Made by a program: the position numbers and the translations under genes. The notes beneath the pieces were generated by a model that did not search any database, was not told the origin of the DNA, and was given only the letters and a program-made list of their open reading frames with translations. A DNA stretch of 64,000 nucleotides from Candidatus Pacearchaeota archaeon (GTDB taxonomy: Archaea; Nanobdellota; Nanobdellia; Pacearchaeales; GW2011-AR1), in the NCBI GenBank assembly GCA_041649755.1, contig JBAZMK010000002.1, positions 26,247 to 90,246 of the forward strand. Direction: 5' to 3'. Within the stretch, counting starts at the first letter, position 1; every line of letters begins with the position of its first letter. Positions 1-8,118 of this stretch are shown in pieces.

Positions 1-1
1 C

Positions 2-1210
2 CTGAAAATTGGAGTGGGTACAGGAATCTTGCGAGACGCAATAGTAGATTTCTGCTTTCACCCAGAAGACTTAGATGAAAAAAGAAAATACTCCCAAATC
101 GTTCAGGAAGCTTACGACAAATCAACTGACTTTGCAGAAGTATTCGAAAAGGCTTCAAAAAATGAATTAAGTAAAATAAAACTATCCCCAGGAAAACCTG
201 TAAAAGTAATGCTTTTCCCAAAAGCAAAAGGAATAGAAGATGCATTTAAAATAATCGGGAAGCCCGCAGCATTTGAATACAAATACGACGGATTCAGAGT
301 AATGATTAACAAAGAAGAAAACGGAAAAATAAAAATATTCACAAGAAGACTGGAAGAAGTAACAAAACAATTTCCTGAAATAGTAGAATACACAAAGAGC
401 CACATAAGAGGAAAAACATTCATCGTCGACGCCGAAGCAGTAGGTTATAACAAAAAAACAAAAAAATACACCCCCTTCCAAGCAATCAGCCAAAGGATAA
501 AAAGAAAATACGAAGTCGCAAGAATGGCAGAAGAATTGCCAATAGAACTCGCAGTATTTGACATTATCTACCACGACGGCAAAAATTTGATTGAAGAACC
601 TTTCAAAGAAAGAAGAAAAATCTTAGAAAAAATAGTAAAAAAAGAACCTTTCAAAATAGTCTTAGCAAAACAAATAGTCACCGAAGAAATAAAAGAAGTT
701 GAGAAATTCTACGACGAAGCATTGAAAAATTCTCAGGAAGGATTAATGGGGAAAAACCTATTAGCACCATACAAACCTGGAGCAAGAGTAGGCTACGCCG
801 TAAAATTAAAACCCGAAGACAACGACTTTGATTTAGTAATTACAGGTGCAGAATGGGGCACCGGAAAAAGGTCAGGATGGCTGACAAGCTTTGATGTATC
901 CTGCAAAAACGAAGACGAGGAACTTCTTGAAATCGGAAAAGTTTCCACAGGATTAAAAGAACTTGAAGAGGGGGGGCTGAGTTTCAAAGAAATGACAGAA
1001 AAACTAAAAGAGATAACAATAAAAGAAGAAGGAAGAAAAATAAAAGTCAAACCAGAAATAGTCGTTTCAGTGCAATACCAAAACATTCAGAAGTCTCCAA
1101 CCTACTCCTCTGGCTACGCACTAAGATTCCCCAGAATAAAATCTCTGCGTCCAGACAGAGGTTTAAACGACATTGCGACGCTGGAAGAAGTAAAAAAAGA
1201 GATAAAATAA
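2..1210 (+). CDS. lig: ATP-dependent DNA ligase, C-terminal ~400 aa (5' end runs off window)
   Basis: The reading frame is open from base 2. The adenylation motif I 'EYKYDGFRVMI' (KxDGxR) is present, followed by OB-fold-like sequence. The first in-window alternative start is GTG at 14. Confidence 0.8.
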   Translation: MKIGVGTGILRDAIVDFCFHPEDLDEKRKYSQIVQEAYDKSTDFAEVFEKASKNELSKIKLSPGKPVKVMLFPKAKGIEDAFKIIGKPAAFEYKYDGFRVMINKEENGKIKIFTRRLEEVTKQFPEIVEYTKSHIRGKTFIVDAEAVGYNKKTKKYTPFQAISQRIKRKYEVARMAEELPIELAVFDIIYHDGKNLIEEPFKERRKILEKIVKKEPFKIVLAKQIVTEEIKEVEKFYDEALKNSQEGLMGKNLLAPYKPGARVGYAVKLKPEDNDFDLVITGAEWGTGKRSGWLTSFDVSCKNEDEELLEIGKVSTGLKELEEGGLSFKEMTEKLKEITIKEEGRKIKVKPEIVVSVQYQNIQKSPTYSSGYALRFPRIKSLRPDRGLNDIATLEEVKKEIK

Positions 1211-1250
1211 CAAACAAAGCCTTTATAAATGAAAATTTCTTATAAATAAC

Positions 1251-1841
1251 ATGGAAAATAAAAAAGATACTTCTCTAAGTGTGCAAAATATCGTCGCTAC
1301 AACCTCTCTTGGAAAAGACGTTTCACTGACAAAATTAGCCAGAACTCAGCCAAATACAGAATACAATCCTGACACATTCCCGGGTCTGGTTTTAAGAATA
1401 AAAAAACCAAAATCGGCAGTTCTTGTTTTTTCCTCAGGAAATTTAGTCTGCACTGGAACAAAATCAATCGCACAAGTAAAGGAAGTCGTTCAGCAGGTAA
1501 TAAAACAATTAAGAAAAATTGGTGTTAATGTAACAGCAAAACCAAAAATAACAGTCCAAAATATCGTAGCTTCCGGTGCTATAAATCTTGACCTTAATTT
1601 AAACACTCTTGCACTTGAACTAGAAAACACTGAATACGAACCCGAACAATTTCCAGGTCTAGTTTACAAATTAGACGAACCAACTGCAACATTTTTACTC
1701 TTCTCAAATGGAAAACTTGTCTGCACAGGAACAAAAAACAAAGCCCAATTAGAAGACTCAATGGTCCAGCTAAATAAGAACATAAGAGCCGTCCTAAAAA
1801 GAATAAAAAAGATGCAGGAAGAAAAAAACAACGACTTCTAA
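1251..1841 (+). CDS. tbp: TATA-box binding protein
   Basis: Two direct repeats show the typical TBP signature: 'NIVATTSLG...FPGLVLRIKKPKSAVLVFSSGNLVCTG' and 'NIVASGAINL...FPGLVYKLDEPTATFLLFSNGKLVCTG'. TATA-like TTTATAAA sequences lie immediately upstream. Confidence 0.9.
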   Translation: MENKKDTSLSVQNIVATTSLGKDVSLTKLARTQPNTEYNPDTFPGLVLRIKKPKSAVLVFSSGNLVCTGTKSIAQVKEVVQQVIKQLRKIGVNVTAKPKITVQNIVASGAINLDLNLNTLALELENTEYEPEQFPGLVYKLDEPTATFLLFSNGKLVCTGTKNKAQLEDSMVQLNKNIRAVLKRIKKMQEEKNNDF

Positions 1842-1862
1842 TTAAATAAAGCACAATGATAG

Positions 1863-2273
1863 ATGGAAAACAAAAAATTTAGGGAGTTTACAACTTCATC
1901 AGGCAAAATCGTTCTTTGCGGAAAATCGGCAAAAAATAATGAAGAGTTAATTGAACAAGTTAAGCCCTCTGAAATAGTCTTGCATACAGCAAATCCAGGA
2001 AGTCCATTCATAAACATAAGGGGAAAAGCCGAAAAAAAAGATATTGAAGAATCTGCAGTAATCTGTGCAAAATACTCTCACGACTGGAGAGACAATAGAA
2101 AAGACATTTTAGTTCATATATTTAAGGGTTCAGACATTTATAAAAATAAAAAAATGAAACTCGGAACATTTGGAGTAAGAGAATTCCAGATAAAAAAAGT
2201 AAAAAAAGAAGAAATATCAAATTTTGAGGAGAAACTAAAAAATGAAACAGATAAAAAAATTGCAATTAGGTAA
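1863..2273 (+). CDS. NFACT-R / DUF814-like RNA-binding domain protein
   Basis: Residues 'VLHTANPGSPFINIRGK' and 'ICAKYSHDWRDNRKDILVHIF' resemble the DUF814 (Tae2/FbpA C-terminal) consensus. Assignment is by motif memory only. Confidence 0.4.
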   Translation: MENKKFREFTTSSGKIVLCGKSAKNNEELIEQVKPSEIVLHTANPGSPFINIRGKAEKKDIEESAVICAKYSHDWRDNRKDILVHIFKGSDIYKNKKMKLGTFGVREFQIKKVKKEEISNFEEKLKNETDKKIAIR

Positions 2274-2529
2274 AAAAGGACCTAGTCCAGAATTCATTGA
2301 ACAGCTTAAAAATATCTTAAAAAATGAAAAAATTATCAAAGTTTCAATTCTTAAATCTGCCTGCAGAAACATTGAAGAAGCCGAAAAAATCGGTGAAAAA
2401 ATAGTAGAAGGTCTTGGAAAAAACTTTATTTATCGAAGAATAGGGTATGTTTTGACTATTAAAAAGCTTAAAAAAATAAAATTTAAATCGCCTCAAGCCC
2501 AATCTCAACTGCAACAACAGGCATTTTGA
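2242..2529 (+). CDS. CRS1/YhbY (CRM-domain) RNA-binding protein
   Basis: It is about 95 aa and contains 'KGPSPEFIEQLKNILKNEKIIKVSIL', typical of the YhbY/CRM family. It overlaps the upstream gene by 32 nt. Confidence 0.6.
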   Translation: MKQIKKLQLGKKGPSPEFIEQLKNILKNEKIIKVSILKSACRNIEEAEKIGEKIVEGLGKNFIYRRIGYVLTIKKLKKIKFKSPQAQSQLQQQAF

Positions 2530-4123
2530 TTTTCCAATTCTTAAGAACTCGTGGAGCAATTTCGCCGACAAAACCAACTTGTTTTCCTTCAACAAAAATT
2601 TTCGCACATCTCCCAGAGATATAATTATTATTTTCCTCTGCTTCAATTGTATAATTAACTCCAAGCATCTTAAATAAATAATCTAAAACTTGCTTCATAT
2701 CAGTAAAATTAACTTTTTCATCTACAAATGCTACAGCAAGATTTTCAGTTTCTTTAACCTTGGTCTCAAGACCATCGTCTAAGGAGAAAACTTTTCCCAT
2801 CTCAAAAATTTTCTGGGGATAAGTAGAATTAGAATTCTCAGAGAAAATCTGAAGTAAATTGGTAAGTAAATCAATCCTCAAAACATCCCTTTCAGTTTTT
2901 GAATTTTCAACTTCAATAAAACTACTATAATTATAATGCATCTTTTTCACATTTCTTTCCGTCGTTAAATGGAAAGACGAAACCTCCAAAAAACCAAGCC
3001 CTGCGAGAATCTCTGATATAATCTTTTTCTTTCTTGAATTCTTATCCTCCTCTGCAATCGTAGAAATTTTGGGAATCTCTGGTTCAAAATTCTGATAACC
3101 ATAAGCAATCGCAACCTCTTCTACCAAATCAACCCAATGAAGAATATCCATTCTATAAGGAGGAATCAAAGCAAAAGTCCTTTCTTTCTTTTTCTCAAAA
3201 CCTAACCCCATCCTCTCAAAATACTTCTTAATCTCTTTCTCACTTAACTTAATCCCCAAAGTTTTCTCGATATCCTCTAATTTAAACTCCATCTCTTCAA
3301 AATTCATTTCTGGTGAAACGAAACTCTCTTTTGAATCCTTTATATTCATTGAATAAACTTTTCCCCCCATTTCATACAAAGCCGAAACAATAATGCTTAT
3401 AACTTTCTTCAGATGATAAAGGCTATGCCCAGAACACTCAATAAAAATATCTTTAGTATTTTCTATAATTCTCCCCGTCTCTTCAGAATTTATTATCGGA
3501 GGCATTGAAAGAATCTTCTCATTCGCATCAACAAAAATTGGGTATACTTCTGCGTCCTTTAACAAATCAGCATATTCCCTCCCCGTAGGGTGCTGTCTCA
3601 AAATCTGACGACCATTAATCTCTCTTGGATACTCCAAAGGAACAAACCTAATATCCTCTGGCTTTCTCGCAGTAAATTTAATTGGCAACTTTATCTTTTC
3701 AAGAGGGTAAACTCCTATAGCAAGCTTCTTCCTTTTTCTGCCTACAGAGTTATGCAATTTTTCCTGAATATCCACTATCTCTTTTATTTTCTCATCGTCA
3801 AACTTAATCCCTTTGACAATCGCACAAGCCGTATAAGGTCTAACCTTTTTTACAGCTTTCTCAATTATCACATCGTAACCTTTTTCAGGAGGATAAATAT
3901 TAAATTTAGCAACACCTTTCTTCTCATTAAACTGATTCAAAGCCCGCGCAAAATTCTGCAGCGAAAGTAAATCGGGACGATTCGGAAAAACTTCAACAGA
4001 AACTTCTTCTTCAGTTATCTCTTCAACAGGGGTCCCCATTTCAGTTATTTTTCTCTCTAATTCAGGAGTTATCTTCCCGACCTCCTTTTCAAGCTCCTTC
4101 CTGTTAAGTGTTAGTATTGTCAT
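2483..4123 (-). CDS. pheT: Phenylalanyl-tRNA synthetase beta subunit (archaeal type)
   Basis: It is 546 aa with the archaeal PheT architecture and is adjacent to pheS. The motif 'FPNRPDLLSLQNFARAL' is present. Confidence 0.8.
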   Translation of the reverse strand: MTILTLNRKELEKEVGKITPELERKITEMGTPVEEITEEEVSVEVFPNRPDLLSLQNFARALNQFNEKKGVAKFNIYPPEKGYDVIIEKAVKKVRPYTACAIVKGIKFDDEKIKEIVDIQEKLHNSVGRKRKKLAIGVYPLEKIKLPIKFTARKPEDIRFVPLEYPREINGRQILRQHPTGREYADLLKDAEVYPIFVDANEKILSMPPIINSEETGRIIENTKDIFIECSGHSLYHLKKVISIIVSALYEMGGKVYSMNIKDSKESFVSPEMNFEEMEFKLEDIEKTLGIKLSEKEIKKYFERMGLGFEKKKERTFALIPPYRMDILHWVDLVEEVAIAYGYQNFEPEIPKISTIAEEDKNSRKKKIISEILAGLGFLEVSSFHLTTERNVKKMHYNYSSFIEVENSKTERDVLRIDLLTNLLQIFSENSNSTYPQKIFEMGKVFSLDDGLETKVKETENLAVAFVDEKVNFTDMKQVLDYLFKMLGVNYTIEAEENNNYISGRCAKIFVEGKQVGFVGEIAPRVLKNWKIKMPVVAVEIGLEAI

Positions 4124-4239
4124 TTTTCTTCCCCCTCAAAACTTCAATCAGTTCATCAAACTTATTATTTATTGTCTCTTCAAGACTCTCAAGTTGGTCT
4201 TTTATCCCTTCAAGCCCTGATTTATTTTCTTCTTCCATT

Positions 4240-4626
4240 CTAACTTAAAACCTTTATATGATTTATTTTTATTAAAATTGCCCCTTCACAGGGTTCTCCT
4301 TCATTAATTGGAATTCTTTTAATAAAATCTATCCATTTGCCTTCAATAAAATATTCGGCAATTCCTTTAAACTCATATCCAACACAATTTTCCTCCCAAT
4401 TTCTCACCCACACAACTAAGGCAACATTTTTGTTTCTTTTTATATTATCTATAGTTTCATTTAAGTAATTGTCAGTTAACAACAATTCGTCCCTAGAAAC
4501 CACTTTAACAAAACCTATTGCAATATTATGGGGGTTCCCTTCTTCATCAATTGTAGCTAAGCCCATTGCATTGTTCTCAATTATCTTCTTTATTCCTTCG
4601 TTAACCTCCACCATTAAAATCTCCAA
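4240..4626 (-). CDS. Pyridoxamine 5'-phosphate oxidase-like FMN-binding split-barrel protein
   Basis: It is 128 aa and contains 'GLATIDEEGNPHNIAIGFVKVV', typical of the PNPOx-like family. Confidence 0.55.
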   Translation of the reverse strand: MEILMVEVNEGIKKIIENNAMGLATIDEEGNPHNIAIGFVKVVSRDELLLTDNYLNETIDNIKRNKNVALVVWVRNWEENCVGYEFKGIAEYFIEGKWIDFIKRIPINEGEPCEGAILIKINHIKVLS

Positions 4627-6146
4627 ACTCTCGTTTCTCTCAATTTAGTTAAATCATTCCTGTACATTTCTCTTAAATCATTTATTTTAAAGAATTCCAT
4701 TATTATTCTGTCAAACCCAGGACCCCAAGCTAAAACGGGAATATGTCTTCCAAAGATAGGAATTGTAACTTCTGGTCGAAACATACCTGCACCTCCAAGC
4801 TCAACCCATTTTTTATGAGTTGGATGAAACACGTCAATTTCAAGAGATGGCTCGGTATACGGAAAGTATGCAGGGCGTATACGAATTTGCTCGTAACCCA
4901 TTTTCTTAAAAAATTCTACTAAATAACCCAATAACTGCCTAAAATTAGCATTCTCATCTACAACAATCCCTTCTGTCTGGTTAAATTCAAAACTATGACT
5001 CCAATCCACTGTTTCATTCCGAAAACACTTACCTAAAGCAAAATACTTCGCAGGAAATTCTTTGATCTCAGCAATCTTCTTTAAAGTCTGAGCAGATAAA
5101 CAAGTCGTATGTGTCCTTAAAACAACTTTCCTAGCATCGCCCTCATTCCATTTATACTGCCAACCCTTGCTGCCTCCCACCCCCTTCTCGTGCGACTTCT
5201 TTACTTCTTCAACAAGTCTGTTTTTATTGTCTGCCTCAGGCAGTTTTCCTTCAACATTTTTCAGATAAAAAGTATCCTGCATCTCTCTGACAGGATGGTC
5301 CTGTGCTGTAAAAAGAGCATCAAAATTCCAAAAACTAGTCTGAACTAAAGAACCAGTCATCTCCTTAAAACCCATTTCAAGCCAAATTGACTTAGCATAT
5401 CCCGTCGCCTGATTAACAAAATGCCTCTTACCTCCATAAACTTTAGGAACTGCAGTAGTCAAATCATATCTTCTAAACTTCTTGCCTTTCCACAAACCCT
5501 GCTTTATAATTTTAGGTGTTAACTGCTCAATAAGCTCTTCCGACAAGTTTATCTTAGAAACCTCTACCCCAAAAGAGGTAAGTTTAACACTAATAGTTTT
5601 CCTTTTCTCAACCTTAACAATCTCCTTTCTAGACTTCAAAACTCCCAAAGCCATTTTGTCCTGAGGCTCAAGAAAAGAAACTTCTAAAGGCAACTTCTCC
5701 ATAAAAATCTCTTCAAGCATCTTCTTTGTTACCTCTTCTGGTCTGGCGTTCAACACAATCTCCCCCTTTCTAACCTCAACCAAAGCCTTCTTTCTAAGAG
5801 CCCCCAAAGCAACCTTAGCTTCATTATCATTTAATCCGCAAATTCCTTTTATGTCTTTTATAGGGATGCTCTTTTTCTCAAAAATTTTATCAAGTAGAAC
5901 CCTCTCAGGCAGATGTTTCTTCAGGTAATTAACACCCAAAACATCCAAATCAACAACTTCTTTTTCTTCTCCCCTAATTTCAACCAAGCCTTTATTTTTC
6001 AAAAAACCCAAAGCTCTTAAAACAGAAGTCTTATCTAAACCAGCTTTCTTAGAAATATCACTAACATCAAATTCTTTAACAGAAAGACTAGGCAAAACAA
6101 TTCTCTCAATTGGAGAAAGCGATTCAGCAACCGTCTTACTATCCAT
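4614..6146 (-). CDS. pheS: Phenylalanyl-tRNA synthetase alpha subunit (archaeal type, N-terminal winged-helix repeats)
   Basis: Class II aaRS motifs are present: 'FNFDALFTAQDHPVREMQDTFYL' and 'RPAYFPYTEPSLEIDVF'. It is 510 aa. Confidence 0.85.
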   Translation of the reverse strand: MDSKTVAESLSPIERIVLPSLSVKEFDVSDISKKAGLDKTSVLRALGFLKNKGLVEIRGEEKEVVDLDVLGVNYLKKHLPERVLLDKIFEKKSIPIKDIKGICGLNDNEAKVALGALRKKALVEVRKGEIVLNARPEEVTKKMLEEIFMEKLPLEVSFLEPQDKMALGVLKSRKEIVKVEKRKTISVKLTSFGVEVSKINLSEELIEQLTPKIIKQGLWKGKKFRRYDLTTAVPKVYGGKRHFVNQATGYAKSIWLEMGFKEMTGSLVQTSFWNFDALFTAQDHPVREMQDTFYLKNVEGKLPEADNKNRLVEEVKKSHEKGVGGSKGWQYKWNEGDARKVVLRTHTTCLSAQTLKKIAEIKEFPAKYFALGKCFRNETVDWSHSFEFNQTEGIVVDENANFRQLLGYLVEFFKKMGYEQIRIRPAYFPYTEPSLEIDVFHPTHKKWVELGGAGMFRPEVTIPIFGRHIPVLAWGPGFDRIIMEFFKINDLREMYRNDLTKLRETRVWRF

Positions 6147-6316
6147 AACCCTCTATACTTTCGGATTTTTTAAATGTTATTAAAACACAATATCTTTAAA
6201 AACTTAATAAGTCAAATTTAAATACGGATAAAAGAGGACGCGGAATCCCTGTTGAAAAATTAAATGACCTCCCTAAGAGACTAAGAATCTTTCTTTTCCT
6301 ACTTATCTTTATTATA

Positions 6317-6973
6317 GTGTTTGGAACAGCAAGTTTTACACTAATAGAAAATATCCCCCTCTCAGAGGGTTTCTTCAGAACGCTTGAAGCATTAGCATTT
6401 ATGTTCAGTGCAACATCCCTTCACAGCAAACTACTAGAAATCTTTCTTGCAATATTCGGAGTTTTTTGTCTCTGGTGGATTCTATGGAGTATAGCAGATA
6501 TGTTTATTGAAGGAAAAATATCAGAATATTTAAAAATCAGCTTATATAATCTTAAATTAAGAAATATGAGCAAACACTATGTTATAGTCGGCGGGGGAAG
6601 GGTAGGTGAAGAAATCGCTAAAAGTCTTCAAAAAGAGAAAAAAGAATTCGTAATAATTGAAAAGGAAAAAACAATAGTTGAGAAATTAAGAAAAAAAGGA
6701 TATCTTGTAATTGAAGGTGACGCAACCGAATCTGATTCGGCAGTTCTTGAGAGGGCAAATTTAAAACAGGCAAAATCAGCAATCTTAGTAATGCACGAAA
6801 CAAAAGATAACTTAATGGCGACACTCTCTATAAAAGAAATGGCTCCTGATTTAGAAATTTATGCAAGAGCAGAAAATCATTCTTTTATCAACAGATTAAA
6901 AAAAGCCGGCGCAAAAGAAATAATTGTCCCAGAGATAACTGCTGCAGAAAAATTCTTACAAAAGCTAAACTAA
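6317..6973 (+). CDS. MthK-like RCK/TrkA-N domain channel homolog. The selectivity filter is degenerate and the start codon is uncertain.
   Basis: The Rossmann RCK motif 'HYVIVGGGRVGEEIAK' is present. The N-terminal segment 'FGTASFTLIE...FMFSATS' aligns to the MthK pore region, but TVGYGD is replaced. The frame is open upstream from 6200 with no ATG/GTG/TTG before the GTG at 6317. Confidence 0.55.
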   Translation: MFGTASFTLIENIPLSEGFFRTLEALAFMFSATSLHSKLLEIFLAIFGVFCLWWILWSIADMFIEGKISEYLKISLYNLKLRNMSKHYVIVGGGRVGEEIAKSLQKEKKEFVIIEKEKTIVEKLRKKGYLVIEGDATESDSAVLERANLKQAKSAILVMHETKDNLMATLSIKEMAPDLEIYARAENHSFINRLKKAGAKEIIVPEITAAEKFLQKLN

Positions 6974-8118
6974 TCCTTCAAGCGAAAACCAACCTTTTCC
7001 AGACCGATTTTTAATCCTATTAATTTTTCTTCTTCACGAATTCTCAATTTACCCAACAATTTATCCTTGCCTGCCTTCTTATTCTCCAAACTAGAAATCT
7101 CATCTGCCATCTCTCCCAAAACCCGCTCAAAAGAATTCTTCTCATCAATAATTTCAGAAGAAGATTTTTCGTCCAGATTAGTTAATGATTTCTTAACTTC
7201 AACTAACTTTTCAGCCAAACCTTTATCAAAAATATCTAAAAAATCATTCTGAACATCTTCAATTAAAGCCTGTCTAAAATTATCCTTATACTTTCTCAAC
7301 AAATTCCTCTTTTTCTCATTCTTATGATAGACACTCAATAAACCCTTCAAATCAATCTGATTCTTCAGGCGATCTATCTGATTAAAAAGAACCTTTCTTT
7401 CATTTTCTAACTCTTTTTCCTTTTTAAGAAAATTTCTAAATCTATTTGACTCCTTAAACTCCAGAAAATCCTTTTCTTTCTTCTCAAGAAGATTTCTCCT
7501 TTTCTTAACCTCACTTTCAAGAACCTTTAACTCATTCTCCATTTCTTCCTTAAGTCTGACAGATTCCTTAAAAGAGAAATAATCATTTAACAAAATCTCA
7601 AAAGACTTTCTCTTAAAAATAGTCTCTTTATTATCAAAAAACATTTTTTCATTCAATTTAAAAAAATCTCTAATTATTCTCCTGACCCCTGCAATCTCTT
7701 CACCGATAAGAATATTAGCTACACTATAACTCTTAGCGGACTCTTTTTCAAAACGTGAGATAAACTTACCGACTTCCCTGAAATAATTTTCAAAAGAGCT
7801 CTCTTTTAATTCGCGAATATTCCAAATGAGTTTCTCACAATAGCCCGCATAGGAATCTTTCCCCTCCAAAACCCTTCTTTTTAACCTCAAATCCTCTTTC
7901 CTGTTCTCAAGATTTACCCCCTCCAAAACTTCAATTTTCACAGTAAAATCATCAAGAAAACCTTTTTTAATCTGAAGAGCCGAATCCATTAGTCTCTTCT
8001 CAACATCTTCAAAACCCTTAATTATCTTTCTGACTTCTTCCTCATAATTCTCCAAAGAAATCTCTTTTATTTCAACAAGATTTTCTTTTTTCTTAAAAAT
8101 ATCAAAAAGACCCATCAC
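6970..8118 (-). CDS. Hypothetical K/E-rich coiled-coil protein, translationally coupled to the P-type ATPase
   Basis: It is 382 aa and highly charged with heptad-like repeats. The N-terminus is 'MMGLFDIFKKK'. It overlaps the upstream gene by 4 nt. Confidence 0.4.
   Translation of the reverse strand: MMGLFDIFKKKENLVEIKEISLENYEEEVRKIIKGFEDVEKRLMDSALQIKKGFLDDFTVKIEVLEGVNLENRKEDLRLKRRVLEGKDSYAGYCEKLIWNIRELKESSFENYFREVGKFISRFEKESAKSYSVANILIGEEIAGVRRIIRDFFKLNEKMFFDNKETIFKRKSFEILLNDYFSFKESVRLKEEMENELKVLESEVKKRRNLLEKKEKDFLEFKESNRFRNFLKKEKELENERKVLFNQIDRLKNQIDLKGLLSVYHKNEKKRNLLRKYKDNFRQALIEDVQNDFLDIFDKGLAEKLVEVKKSLTNLDEKSSSEIIDEKNSFERVLGEMADEISSLENKKAGKDKLLGKLRIREEEKLIGLKIGLEKVGFRLKD

Noticed and set aside
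112-574. Antisense ORFs (103 and 130 aa) inside the DNA ligase gene
   Set aside because: They are Cys/Phe-rich low-complexity translations of the reverse strand of a strongly supported ligase CDS, with no motifs. This is a typical shadow ORF in AT-rich DNA.
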